NCBI GenBank assembly: GCA_002269645.1
Contig: NIVC01000025.1
Coordinates: 248,001 to 312,000 of the forward strand
DNA: 64,000 bases
Direction of reading: 5' to 3'
Source of the DNA: Macrostomum lignano
Lineage: Eukaryota
Below, piece by piece: positions 23,601 through 36,101 of the stretch. Each line of letters starts with the position of its first letter. Positions within the stretch are counted from its first letter, which is position 1. The position numbers and the translations under genes are program-made. A model generated the notes under the pieces. It was not told where the DNA came from. It searched no databases and saw only the letters and a list, made by a program, of their open reading frames with translations.

Positions 23601-26314
23601 TCTGTTCCAGAATGAATTCCACTTTCTCGCGCTTCTCCATGCTGCCAAAGGTTTCCACCTGAGGGTTTTTAGTATTGATTTGTATGTTAATGCGATGCTA
23701 TGTCGAAATAAATATAAAGTAGAATGACAGACTGATGCAGAATGAAGTGAGTCAGCAGAGTGACAGACTGATGCATAATGAAGTGAGTCAGCAGAGTGAC
23801 AGACTGATGCAGAATGAAGTGAGTCAGCAGAGTGACAGACTGATGCAGAATGAAGTGAGTAAGCAGAGTGACAGACTGATGCAGAATGACATGAGCCAGC
23901 AGAGTGACAGACTGATGCAGAATGAAGTGAGTCAGCAGAGTGACAGACTGATGCAGAATGAAGTGAGTCAGCAGAGTGACAGACTGATGCAGAATGAAGT
24001 TAGTCAGCAGATTGACAGACTGATGCAGAATGAAGTGAGTTAACAGTGACAGACTGATGCAGAATGAAGTGAGTCAGCAGAGTGACAGACTGATGCAGAA
24101 TGAAATGAGTCAGCAGAGTGACAGACTGATGCAGAATGAAATGAGTCAGCAGAGTGACAGACTGATGCAGAATCAAGTGAGTCAGCAGAGTGACAGACTG
24201 ATGCAGAATGAAATGAGTCAGCAGAGTGACAAGCAACTGAGACAATATGATCAGATAAATTTCAATGTCTAACTAAGTGAGGCCGCTCACCTGCAGCTCC
24301 TGTAGGACATCGGCAGCATCAGCAATGTTGCCGTCAGCCTCATTAATCTCAGCCAGCTGTTTAGTCAGCCTGGCCCGCTGCACCTCAACGTAGATCTTGC
24401 CAGCTGTGACAGTGCGAAGTGTTTCAATCAGGCGCAGTTTCTCAGCCTTGTCAGCCAGCTCCTGGATAAACTGGCAGGCTTCGTCAACCATCTTAGTGAC
24501 AGCCTGTTTTGATTGGCCACGCTTCTTGCTCATAGTTAGCAGATAATCGTTGAGAGCCTGCCAGTTCTTAGCTCTGTAGCAGAGCTGGGCAATGCACACC
24601 AATAAGCGACCAGTGCTAATAGCATCGGATGCCTTAAAAATTTATTGTAACAATTTCACTATTTAAACTTCTGTGAGGCTTTAATTCAATATTTACATAA
24701 ACAATCCAAATCTGTTTGGTGATTACTTACACTTCTTGTGTGCTTTTCCAATGACAAAATGAGGTCCAATGCTTCATTGAGCTTGCCATGCTGAAAATTA
24801 GTAGGTAAAAAAAGAAAAAAAATTGCATGGCACTTGGACAATGTTTGCATTAAATCCAATGGCCTGTTTGAGTCTCACATACAGGAGTACCTTTGGTGGC
24901 AACTTTTGGGACCTTCCTATACTGGGTGTCCCCCAGACTTTAGATAGTATACATGTATGACTTATTGAAACTATAGTCTATAGGCCCATTCCATATAAGA
25001 TGGACATATTTAGAAAATAGAAAAAAGTCAATATTTTTGCTTGTCATTGCCTTATCAGCCAATTTTTTTACCAAATCTTTTTTGTATGTAATGTATACAA
25101 TCTAAGAATAAATAAATGATAAAATGTTGGATTAGTATGTTATCAATTGGCAAAAAGTTATTTTTGTATAAAATTGGACATTTTCTAAGCAAAAGACATC
25201 ATTAAGTTTATGTACTTTTTAAAAACAAATAGAAAGCTTTAGAAGGTTAAAACAAACTATATATATAATTATAGTACTTGCATCATTAGATAAAAACATT
25301 AGCAACCATATAATCCATTATATTTTTAATATATTAGTACTTCAAAGTTACTGAATTGACAGAAAAAATATGTTACGACCATAATGTTACGACCAGATGG
25401 CTGCCTTTTCTTTTGTATCTTTATTGCCTTTTTGAGTTTATATATTCTAAAAAAGAGTATGACTTCTAAAGATGTTCTTAATCAAATTAAAAAAATTATT
25501 GCAAAATATCAAAAATGAAAAATGTTATAAGACTTTTACTTTTTAGTTTCTATATGTCAAAAATCCTGTTGTTACGACCATAAGTGCCATTCAAGGTTTA
25601 ATAGCATCTATACTAATGATGATATCTATATGAAACTTTATAAACATATTCTTGACAAAATAATCTTTCATTCAAAATATTGGTTTAGTATATTCTATTA
25701 TTAGATTTCATTTTATAAGTCTAATAATATAATAAAAACAAAAACAATTTGTCATGTTACGACCATAATTATATGGAATGGCCCTATAACACTTTTAGAA
25801 GGTGGCCTGCTGTTCCAGACCAAACTTTGGGTTAAAAGCTTAATTTTATTTTTATATTGATTTCTAAAGCTATAGGTTGGTCTTTCAATCAATATATGAA
25901 TATTCAACAAAATGCCTTGTTCTCACTTAGTTTAACTAAGTTAACTTTGAAATTTGCCCTGGCAAAATGTTTTTTGAACAGAAGCCAAAGGGTCCCATAA
26001 CAAAACTGAGCCATGGTATATTATATTAGCTATTATTGGGTAGTTGTAACAATGAATAAATGTGGTAGAACACTGTTCTTCTAAAGTTTATTAAAGCTAA
26101 GATTACAAAAATTATATTTAAACTTCAATTAACAACTTTTCATTCATATTTTAATTAACAGAAAGGAACACATATTGTTTAAATACATCCAAAATAACCA
26201 AATATAAAATATCTGAATTAGGCTACTTACAGATGCAAGTTCAGTCGCCTTTGGGATAAGCTCATCCACCTGGGATGAATAATCGATTTCCATCTTTTTT
26301 ACCTCTTCCGACAT
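20679..26314 (-). CDS. PSMD12: 26S proteasome non-ATPase regulatory subunit 12 (Rpn5), 6 exons, ~449 aa
   Basis: Exons 26314-26231 ([17 protein letters not shown]), 24790-24731 (LSLEKHTR), 24632-24291 ([13 protein letters not shown]), 23658-23413 ([24 protein letters not shown]), 22570-22136 (LLAPHDNEQ; RVTEHNVR) and 20861-20679 ([21 protein letters not shown]). All junctions are phase 0 GT-AG and the protein is colinear with known Rpn5. Confidence 0.97.
20921..22112. repeat. 28-bp minisatellite filling PSMD12 intron 5, with a 569-bp higher-order duplication
   Basis: ctgaggatctgggaggctggcccagcaa units; identical variant order at 21021 and 21590. Confidence 0.97.
22558..23402. repeat. 21-bp minisatellite forming almost all of PSMD12 intron 4
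   Basis: cgggatgcctaatgagagtcg units run from ~11 nt after the donor into exon 5. Confidence 0.97.
23724..24232. repeat. 36-bp minisatellite filling PSMD12 intron 3
   Basis: gagtcagcagagtgacagactgatgcagaatgaagt units. Confidence 0.96.
24983..25784. mobile_element. 802-bp non-autonomous TIR DNA transposon in PSMD12 intron 1
   Basis: 16-bp TIRs ggcccattccatataa / ttatatggaatggccc (1 mismatch); TATA on both flanks (24979-24982 and 25785-25788); internal tgttacgacca(taa) repeats; AT-rich, no ORF. Confidence 0.8.
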
Positions 26315-29300
26315 TTTAAATGCAGGACTGATTGAATGAAATAGTGAAGAAATTTCAAAAAAAGCCCGGGTGAATTTTTCTAACGTCAGAACGAATGGGC
26401 TCTAGTAATTTCCTAGAAAAAGGCAACAGATGCGCCAAGTAATAGTTATTTAAAAATTGAAAAAACCAAAGCGTTAAAACGAAAGTTTTAGTTTTAGCTA
26501 GCAAATAAAAGCCAAAATTACAAAATTATTATGCATTATTAAATTTTAAAGTTTTTAAGTATTTATTATTTCGCATAACATATTCCATAAGCAAATAAAA
26601 ATTGTTACATTGCATTCGAGCCATCAGTCATTGAATTAATCAGAACCTTAGAAGTTACACGTAAGCAAAAATCTAATTCACACTGGCCATCGAATTACAC
26701 AGCCAAGTATAGAGAAATAAAAGTTGATGTACAATTCCTCTAAAAAAGTGGGCTGATCAAACGATCCCTTAATTAGGCTGCGCATACAATAATGGTCCAT
26801 TCATTTATATATACATGTATTAGATACATATACGAGCGTATGCATGCATTCATTCATACATCACTGCACTGCGCCTAACACTGTATTCTGTAGCTATATA
26901 TGTATTCTACATGTACTGTAGCGACTTTTTCTATGCGTCGAATTTTGTTCCTTAATTTACTCGTACATGTAAATTTATGTTCCATATGAAAGCTCGACGC
27001 ACGGTTAGAAAAATTTCATTAAAAAAACTGACGAAAATTCAAGAGTTTAATTGAAAAATATTTTACTTCGATTTTTAAAACACTGCATATATACGCGACG
27101 CTCTTAAAAATTTGCTTTCGGGACCAAACTCCGTGATCAGAGGTACATGTATAAACCCACATAACCAAAAACCTCGCCTCCACATCGGGGCGATACCGCC
27201 CGGCGATTCGTCTAAACATCGCCGAGCGATCGCCCTCATCTCGCCGAAATATCGCGGCTGTCCGCAGGGGCGATATCGTCCCGTATCGCCCGGCGATATC
27301 GTTTGACGAGCAATTGGCGATGAATTGACGATACAGTTATAATTCTTGTTTAAATGATAGCATTAAAAATGATTGAAAGAATCAACAGACACAGCTCAAT
27401 ACTGCAAATTTATTATTCCATCAGATAGCCTATAGCTTTCCTTTAAGTCGCTGGAGACGAAAACTCCACAAGTTCTTATTAATGCCTCCCGATTTTTGAA
27501 TATATATTTTACTTCTAATGATGCTACTTACAGCAGCATGTATGGTGAAAATTCAGCTATAAATATGCAGCAGGCAGGGAGAGAAAAATATAATATAGGA
27601 GAAAAATTAGACAAGTTAGACTTGAGCACTAAAGACTTTCATTTGACAAATATTGAAGACAAATGCTGGGCTGGTTGGCAATAAGAAAAAACATACATTT
27701 GACAAGTATGATGCATTCTTGTCAGACTCCTCGAATCTTTAAATGACTCAAAATTTGTAACTTAATAAATTTTTGCCCTTTACAAAACCTAAGCCAAGTC
27801 AAAATGACACCCATAACAATAAAATTTCTTGATAATACCAGGCTGGCATGAACCCGTCTCAATTTGGTCATGCTAATAGAATGACGGTCATGTCATTACA
27901 TGACTTGAAGTCTAAGGTGAAAAACCCAGATGACAAAAAAAAACAAAATATTAAATATTTCCGACTTCTTTAACAAGCAATTTGACAGTAAATATTGGTT
28001 ACTTCACAATGGAAAAATTAAATGTAACAAAGTAAAATTCCAGTTACTTTGACTTATCATGCTTGTGCAGAATATCACCCACATCAGAAGTATGCAGTTC
28101 AGTTAGTCACCAAATAAGTAATTCAAAGGAAGTCTAGAACTTTAAATTATTTACCACTTTGACAGGATGGTACAGGAATGGGCCTCACAGTCAGTCTCCG
28201 GAATTGAACCTTTGCTTCTGAATCTGAGGACCTTCAGTCATTCATTGCTCACTCAAGGCCATTGTCATGTTGGTAGGCTGATAATTCATGCTTCGGGAGC
28301 ATACTTGATAAACTGGCCCCCAAAATTGAGATTGTAGAACAGCATGAAGAAAGGATATAATTGCTTGCATAAATAAAGATGTGAACAAATTTTATTAAAC
28401 CAGTAAAACTAGCATTTTTGGTCCAAATGATAAAATAACTAGGATAGTTTCATTTTATATCAGTTCATAAATTTGTAGCTATAGTCTAAATAGAGGTCTT
28501 TTGGTATGGAGAGTTCAAATAATGCATCCATTTTTACTACAAAAAATAACTAGGATAATCCTAATATCAATGCTAAGTACCATAGCTATAACCTGTATAG
28601 GGAACAGGGTGTTAGGGTAGGTAGAAGTGTAATATAATATAGTATTAATATAGTATTAGGCCTAGCCTAATCTTTAAAAGAAGCCCACTTTTCTATTTAA
28701 GATAAATAGCTACTATAAAATATATTAAAAATTAAGATCTAGTCAATTTGAAATGACTAGGCCTAGCCCTAGGGTAGCTAACCTAAACACCAAAAACCAT
28801 GGCATAAGAAAATGGCTAAGTCAAAAATTATAGATATGGAAAAATGACAATAAACTATAGCCACATATAGTATAGACTACTAGGCCTATATTGTAATTGA
28901 TCTTTAATAGAGACTCACTGTTCTATCTAATTTCAAGATCAATGGCCATTATATTCTATAAAATAAGTTTCTAATTAGCATTTAACAATAAGTCAAAGTC
29001 TAAAAAATAAGTTAACCTTAATACTTGGACCATGGGGAATATGGCCTATGGGTTATGGTTGGAAAGGCCTATTGTTCTATTCAAGAAGATCAATATCACC
29101 ATTAATAGCTAGGTATAAAAATTTCCACTTGTCAAAAATCCTCCAAAATCCTAAATTTTACATTAGTAGTTAGTATTGACATTTGACAAATCACAAAAGC
29201 AGTTTAAGATTTGGACATCAGCAAGTATTTTATACATCTGATCCTTAAGAAGTCCACAAAAGCTATCTTCTACTTGTAGAATATAGGCTGGAGCTAGTTT

Positions 29301-30862
29301 AGCTATTTAGAATTTTCCAAAACCTAATCAATGCTAGATCAGGTTGAAATTGAAATGAACAATGAAGGAAATTTAAGTTAGGCCCTAATCAACTACATTG
29401 GCAGTTGGCACTGATCTAAGTTCAGTAATAGTTATAATTTCTCTAAAAGAGCCAAAATGCATTTGAATTCTAGAAATGTAATTAAAAGTATGCGTCTACC
29501 AATATTTCGAGGTGCAAAATTGGCATCTGGATATGCAAAAGAAATCTAAAAATGAAGTGCTAAAAACACAGTTTGACAAAATAAAACTCTGAGCACTGGA
29601 CTACTGTTACTATCTACCACTATTTACCACAGTTTTTTGTTTAACAAATAATCTTGAGCGTAAGACATGTATAACATATGTAAAAAGGGAACATGCGATC
29701 TGATGATCTGTCTTAATTCGATCAAGAACTCTGACTAGTTGTGCAGCGTCATTTTTAAAAGAGCATACATTTAGCGCGTATTTTATCAAATTAATAAATG
29801 AATTTTGCAGTCAGAAACACAAAGCAGGACAAGACGACAAAAGAACATATTTTTTATTTTCATATATCAAAACTGCAAATTTAACTTGATATACATCTTA
29901 TTGGCATCAAAGTTTCAAGATGCACTTAAAAACAGCGCCAGGCTCCAACCGCTAAAATATCGCGCCGCGATGCACGAACTTGTTTATATGTACGGTACGA
30001 TAGACCAAGAAGATAATGCTAAAACAGAAGAGCATCACTCGCTTGCAACTCACCATTCACGAAGTGACCTTAAATTGCGAATTTATAAGTCAAGTAGGCT
30101 AAAATACATGTGAATTAAGCATGGATCGCATTCCCAACGTTGTTCTATCGCTCGGCGATGGTGCAATTATCGCCAAGGCATCGAAACTCAAGGTTTTGGC
30201 GATTTCGCAAGAATGCGCGCAAGATGGGCCAATATAGGTTTGAACTTCGTTTTAGTGTCTTTTAGACATATATATAGGACTTTAGAGGCAATTTCCTATC
30301 GTATTGATTTATCGCCGATCGATATCGCTTAGATATTGCTTAGATATCGCCAGGCGAGATATCGCCTAATATTGCCACGCGATGGGGACGCAAGCCTTTG
30401 GCGAGATTCTTGGTTACGTGGGAAGGATTGCCGCATACTCTTAATGTAGCACTCTGCGCTTGCATGTCGTCCGCACACAGCTTGATCAATTTTTAATGCC
30501 GGCTGTTCCACCCGGCAGCAGTAACTTCAGTAAAACTTTTTGAATTACGTTTTTGAGAGTGTTGTGAAAAATTTTTGCCCAATTAAAAAGTATATAAAAA
30601 ACGGCGCGCATGCTTGAATCGACTAAGTGAAACCTGCAGACTACGAAAAATCGAGGTACGTAACTCGTACTCGTATAATGCCAGAGCACCATGATGACAC
30701 TCGAGCGGAGAAAGCGACGCAAACAGCTTTTGCCCAGCAGCAGATTTGCGGCCCTGCAGCCATCGCTCCATCTGCTAATTCTTTAAGCAGCAAATCGACA
30801 ATAGACAGCTCCAACGCCCAACCGATTTCCAGGTAGATTTTGTTGGGATTACGGGGTAGGCA

Positions 30863-31310
30863 CAGGGGCGTAGCCAGGAATTTTGATTGGGGGGGGCGTG
30901 AGTTAGGGGGCGCCAGCTTCTTATAGGGGGGTGCCAGTTTCTTTTAGGGGGGGCGCCAGTTTCTTTTAGGGGGGCGCCAGCTTCTTATAGGGGGCGCCAG
31001 TTTCTTTTAGGGGGGGCGCCAGTTTCTTTTAGGGGGGGCGCCAGTTTCTTATAGGGGGGCGCCAGTTTCTTTTAGGGGGGGCGCCAGTTTCTTATAGGGG
31101 GGCGCCAGTTTCTTTTAGGGGGGGGCGCCAGTTTCTTATAGGGGGGCGCCAGTTTCTTATAGGGGGGCGCCAGTTTCTTTTAGGGGGGGCGCCAGTTTCT
31201 TATAGGGGGGGGGCGCCAGTTTCTTTTAGGGGGGGGGGGCGCCAAGGCCAGAGTTGGTGATTGGGGGGGGGGGCACGGCCCCCCTTGCCCCCCCTCTGGC
31301 TACGCCCCTG
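30863..31310. mobile_element. hAT-type MITE with 8-bp TSD and an internal ~20-bp minisatellite
   Basis: TIRs caggggcgtagccag / ctggctacgcccctg; perfect TSD ggtaggca at 30855-30862 and 31311-31318; gggggggcgccagtttctt units at ~30905-31245. Confidence 0.93.
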
Positions 31311-32148
31311 GGTAGGCATGGGTCTTTCAGCGGTTACATGTATAGTGTTACGCCCGTTAATCTTCAACTGACGTTGAAGATGTTGCAAGCGTGTTAATCT
31401 GCATGTAAATTTTAGCAAAACTGATGTTTTTTTGTTTATTACAACAAGCAGCTTTAGAGCAGTTTGCTCAGAGCTAGTCTAGACAATGGTTGCCAAGTAC
31501 AGCGGCCCTGACTTTCTAAATCGTCAGGAATGTACACTCTCTGTGAATCGCACGACAAGCCCCTTTTGACGAATTTTCCTGAACACCACCCGGAGAGCGC
31601 ACAGGCCAGCCCAGGAACTGCGGACAGCTGAGCCACCTCAACAGCAGCCGGCAGAGCGGCCCAGACAGTTCCTTTCGACGGCGACGAAGCCTCTGCCGCC
31701 GCTGCCGCCGCCGCGCTGGCACCGACACCGGCATCGGCAGCGTTACAGTCTGCACCTGAACAACCCGGCCGCCGGTAGCTGCAACGACCGCGACCTGTGC
31801 CCGCTGTGTGACCGCTGCGTAGCCGCTCCGAGTGGCCGCTCAGCCGGCGACATCGATTTGTCAGCGACGATGGCGACCGAGGCGACTACCGTCGTCGGCG
31901 ACGGGTCAGTCGACGAAGGAGCTGCCGGCCAGGCCGATGCTGACTTCATGCCGACGACGGCGACTGTGCGCTGGCGCAGAATGCCGTGCGACTGTCGGGA
32001 CAGGTACCTGCACCTCAGCTGCTTGGAGACCAGCTTCGACGAGGACGCTACGTTTAAGTGAGCATGCAGTTTCCAGTAGCTAAATGCGCAATGCCAGCTG
32101 TGTTAGTCGTAGGTCAGTTCACAAGTGGCTTAAGGCGCAGGCAATATG

Positions 32149-32313
<165 letters not shown>

Positions 32314-35300
32314 AGATAATGTCTGGCACAGACATTCCCACCTGAGCAAAGCAACAGAGCTACCAGTGAAGACATCGAATGCTCTGTACATGTACCTCCC
32401 TCACTTCCTAGTAGAGCTAATCCAGACGAGTCGCAGGGTCGGGCTGCCTGTGCTCAGGAGCTCGACACGGGGGTGGTCTGCGATCAGACATCCCGCCTGC
32501 TACCGGCAGCATCAGTGCAGGTGCTAGCCTAGACAGTGCTCAATCGCCGCACACGTCCGCCATCACTATTGATGACTCACAACCGCAGGGTCGAGTCGCC
32601 TGTGCTCAGGGACTCGACAAGGGGGTGGTCTGTGATCAGACATCCTCACCTGCGCCGGACAATATTAGCCCTGAGGACAGTGCTCACTCAACAGCAGCCT
32701 TCTTGACACCTTCCGACCAAGAGTCCATTCTGCAGGACCAACCCGCCTTTGCACAGGAACCAGAAGTAGACACGGGCTGTACTCAGCCACCACCGGCTAT
32801 CACCAGTGATGAGAATCAGGAACTCCATCGTGAGCAGACTCCGGTCCAAGCGATTCCCACGCCAACTACGATTCCCACGCCACGCTATCAAGGTCCACAA
32901 GGGACCTAAGAAGGACTGGAAACTTTCAGCCATTCAAAGGTCGACAATCGCGATCGGAGATGAGAGTCTGACTCATCCAGGAACGCAAGACTCCGGCGTC
33001 CAGTTTGAGATTTTTCCTAACATAAGAGCCGAGAATCTAATCAAGATTCTACGTGAGCAGATCGAACGTCCTGCCGAGACGGTTAAGACGGTCATCTTAT
33101 TCCCTTGGAGTCAAGACTTGCCGAAACAGTTTGAAGGTGTGATCGACAAGCAGCTCACAACGATTCTTAACCATTCCTACAAGGCCTTCCCAAAAGCCAA
33201 AGTTTATACGCTGGACTTAGTTGTGGACAAAAAAGCGCCTGAAAACATTCGGAAGGCCGCCGAGAAGACAAACCGCCATCTCAAAGGTATCAATCTTGCC
33301 AACCACGTGACACTTCAGTCACGGGGATTATCCTTCAAATCTAACCAAGTCAGCTTGTCAGATGAGTCGGCCCTAAAGGCCTTCAAAACCGTCCACAGCA
33401 AAGCACAAAAAAACTAAAAGGGCCCAGGACTGCAAGCAGCAGCCAAGTGATAAACCTGTCTAACTGCTCTCTTTCCAACGAGGAACTACAGGTCTTGGAA
33501 AAAGGGGAAAACTTTGTACCGGCCCCATTGCTGATGGGATCCAACATCCTTCGTGACTCCATCACCACCTTCAAGCAGAGAATTGCTCTCAACTCTCTTC
33601 TGCAGCGCCGCACTTGCGCTTCCGCATCGCGGATTTCCCTTCCTGCTCGAGCTTCAATTTCCAACATTAATTTGGAGGCTTGGCGTTCGCACAGGATTTG
33701 TTTGAAGATCTTGACAAAATCAGCATCCCAAGTAGAGTCTTCAACAAGCCAAATCTTCTTTTAGGCCAGAGACAGGCACTCCAAAGTCTCCGAAACAACG
33801 ACAAAATTGTCATTAAGCCTGCAGATAAGGGCAGCAACATGGTCATCCTAAACCTCGAAGACTACATCCGTGAAGCGAATAGACAACTTTCTAACACGAC
33901 CTTCTACCAGCCTGTGGACTCAGCTTCAAGCACTCACACGGGTCCTCTGATCAAGCAGATCTTTCAAGAACTGAAGAAGCAAAAGCTAATTACAAACCAC
34001 CAATACTTCCAGCTTATTCCACCTCTTGAACCTCGCGATCGGATTTTCTATTTGCTCCCAAAGATCCACAAGGATCCTAAATCCCACAATCCCACCCGGA
34101 TGGCCGATTGTCTCCGACCGCAACTCCGAAAGCTACATGAGCGCAAAGTTTATCGACCTCTTTCTACAACCGATTGCCAAGGAGCAGGACTCTTTCATCC
34201 GCGACACCGATCACTTCCAAGCGGTCATTGACGGTTTGTACTTTGCTAAGGAGGACAGTGTCCTCTTGGCTACAATGGACGTTGAGTCCCTTTACACAAA
34301 CATCCCAACCGAGAGAGGTATGGATGCAGTGAGGGACGCTTTTCAAAAGTTCCCAGCGCTGACAAGGCCAGACCGACAGCTGTTTGACCTCTTAGACATT
34401 AACCTTAACCAGAATGATTTCGTCTTCAATAACAAGCGGTATTTGCAGATCAAGGGCACTAGCATGGGGAAAGCCTTTGGACCCTCCTACGCCAACATCT
34501 TTATGGCGGACTGGGAGTCTAGGGCCCTGGAAACCGCACCTTTTGCTCCTCGACTGTATAAACGCTATATTGACGACGTCTTCATGGTCTTCGTTGGCGA
34601 GGAGTCGCAGCTGGAGGAGCTGCACTGACACCTGAATGGCTTCGACAGTAACATTCGGCTCACTTTGAACTACAGCCGTGAAAAAGTTCACTTTCTTGAC
34701 TGCTACGTTGCTCTGACTGATGAAGGAGACATGAAAAAGCTGACTTGCTCAATCTATTCTAAACCCACCGACTCACGCCAACTCTTAGACCCGTCCTCAT
34801 TCCATCCCAAACACACCTTCAAGGGGATCATGAAATCCCAATTTCTCCGCTACACACGTCGATGCACATTCAAGGAAGATTTTGATGAGGCTAGCAGCAG
34901 TCTGTTGGGCATCCTAAAGAGACAAGGACACTCAGTTCGGTTGATCCGGGACGCTAAGAAATCCGCCCTTACCCAGCTGGGGTTCTACACCGACTGGCAA
35001 TGGGAGTTCGGCTTCCAAGATTGCGGCATTCAAAGCTGCTACTTATGCAAAGAACACGGCCGATGGGGCCAAGTCTGTCCAGCAGGCTCAAAGTCTTCGA
35101 AAATGATCTGCAGAATCTGCCAGAAAGTCCGCTGTGACTCTTGAAACGCTGTCTGTGCAATTCTTTGCAAAGCCTGTAGCGGCCGCTGTGTCTACATAGG
35201 CGAGACGGGTGGAGCTCTAAAAGTTAGGCTCATGGCCCACCTGAGCGACATTAGATTCGCTAAAGACACCCCGGTCTCAAGACATTTCTGCTCGTCTAAC

Positions 35301-35958
35301 CACAACATTAACGATCTCCGCTTCATGGGACTGTGGTACCTCAGCCCTGAACTTGAGACCAACAAGGAAGGTGCTCAACGCAGACGACGAGACATGGAGC
35401 AGAAACTAATCAACTTGCTGAGCACTTGGACACCTGCTGGTCTCAACACAGCTGACAGTAGCAGAAGTGCTTGCATTCCGATTGCGATTCCATTCACGGA
35501 CCACTAGGCCAATATTGTACACAAAATACGCACAACCATCTTTGAGCATGCACGAAAGCTAAGCACGGTGGCTGCGTTCACCAGGTCACGCTCTCTTAAG
35601 GACATTCTCTGTCCGTCAAAACTGCCTGCCCTAATCAATAACACAAATGAACCACCTTTCGGGTGAATAATTGTAAATGCAGAGCTAAATCGCCAACGTG
35701 CCGGTTCGGCACCCTGCTCAACCAACTTATGCTTTTATACCAGCTCAAATTTACTAACTCTTCACTTTTAACTTTTTTAATTAGTTTTTTTGCATTTTTG
35801 TTGTTATTAAATAAATAATTAAACCCTGAAGAAGGCCTAGCCTAGGCCGAAATATCGGTTTACCATAATTCTTATATTTTGTGACCTTTGTGACTATCTT
35901 ACTTATTTCTCAGTTACCTTGGTTAGAGCTGCTACTGCGTGAGAGGTTTTTTCAAACG
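32314..35958 (+). mobile_element. Penelope-like retroelement (Neptune-type), 5'-truncated and inactivated
   Basis: ORF2 fragments: VINLSNCSLS..VLEKGENFVP, IVIKPADKG, PIVS, MDVESLYTNIP, QIKGTSMG..GPSYANIFM, RYIDDVF, FLD, YSKPTD..HP, Zn knuckle CGIQSCYLC, and GIY-YIG C.S.NAVCAILCKAC..VYIGET..H..PVSRHF..GLN. Frameshifts at ~33685 and ~34078; stops at 34626, 35142 and 35505; upstream ORF1 at 32806-33417. Confidence 0.95.
35821..35861 (+). ncRNA. Minimal type I hammerhead ribozyme in the PLE 3' end (pLTR)
   Basis: Stem I AAACC/GGTTT; core CUGAAGA (35826-35832) plus an extra A; stem II GGCCTAG/CTAGGCC; GAAA (35849-35852); palindromic mini stem III AUAU; predicted cleavage after UC at 35856. Confidence 0.88.
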
Positions 35959-36011
<53 letters not shown>

Positions 36012-36024
36012 ATATCTATCTATA

Positions 36025-36064
<40 letters not shown>

Positions 36065-36070
36065 GATCTA

Positions 36071-36101
<31 letters not shown>

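Noticed and set aside
34626-35144. In-frame TGA codons in the PLE as selenocysteine
   Set aside because: They fall at non-Cys positions, are explained by CGA to TGA, and the copy also has a TAG and frameshifts.
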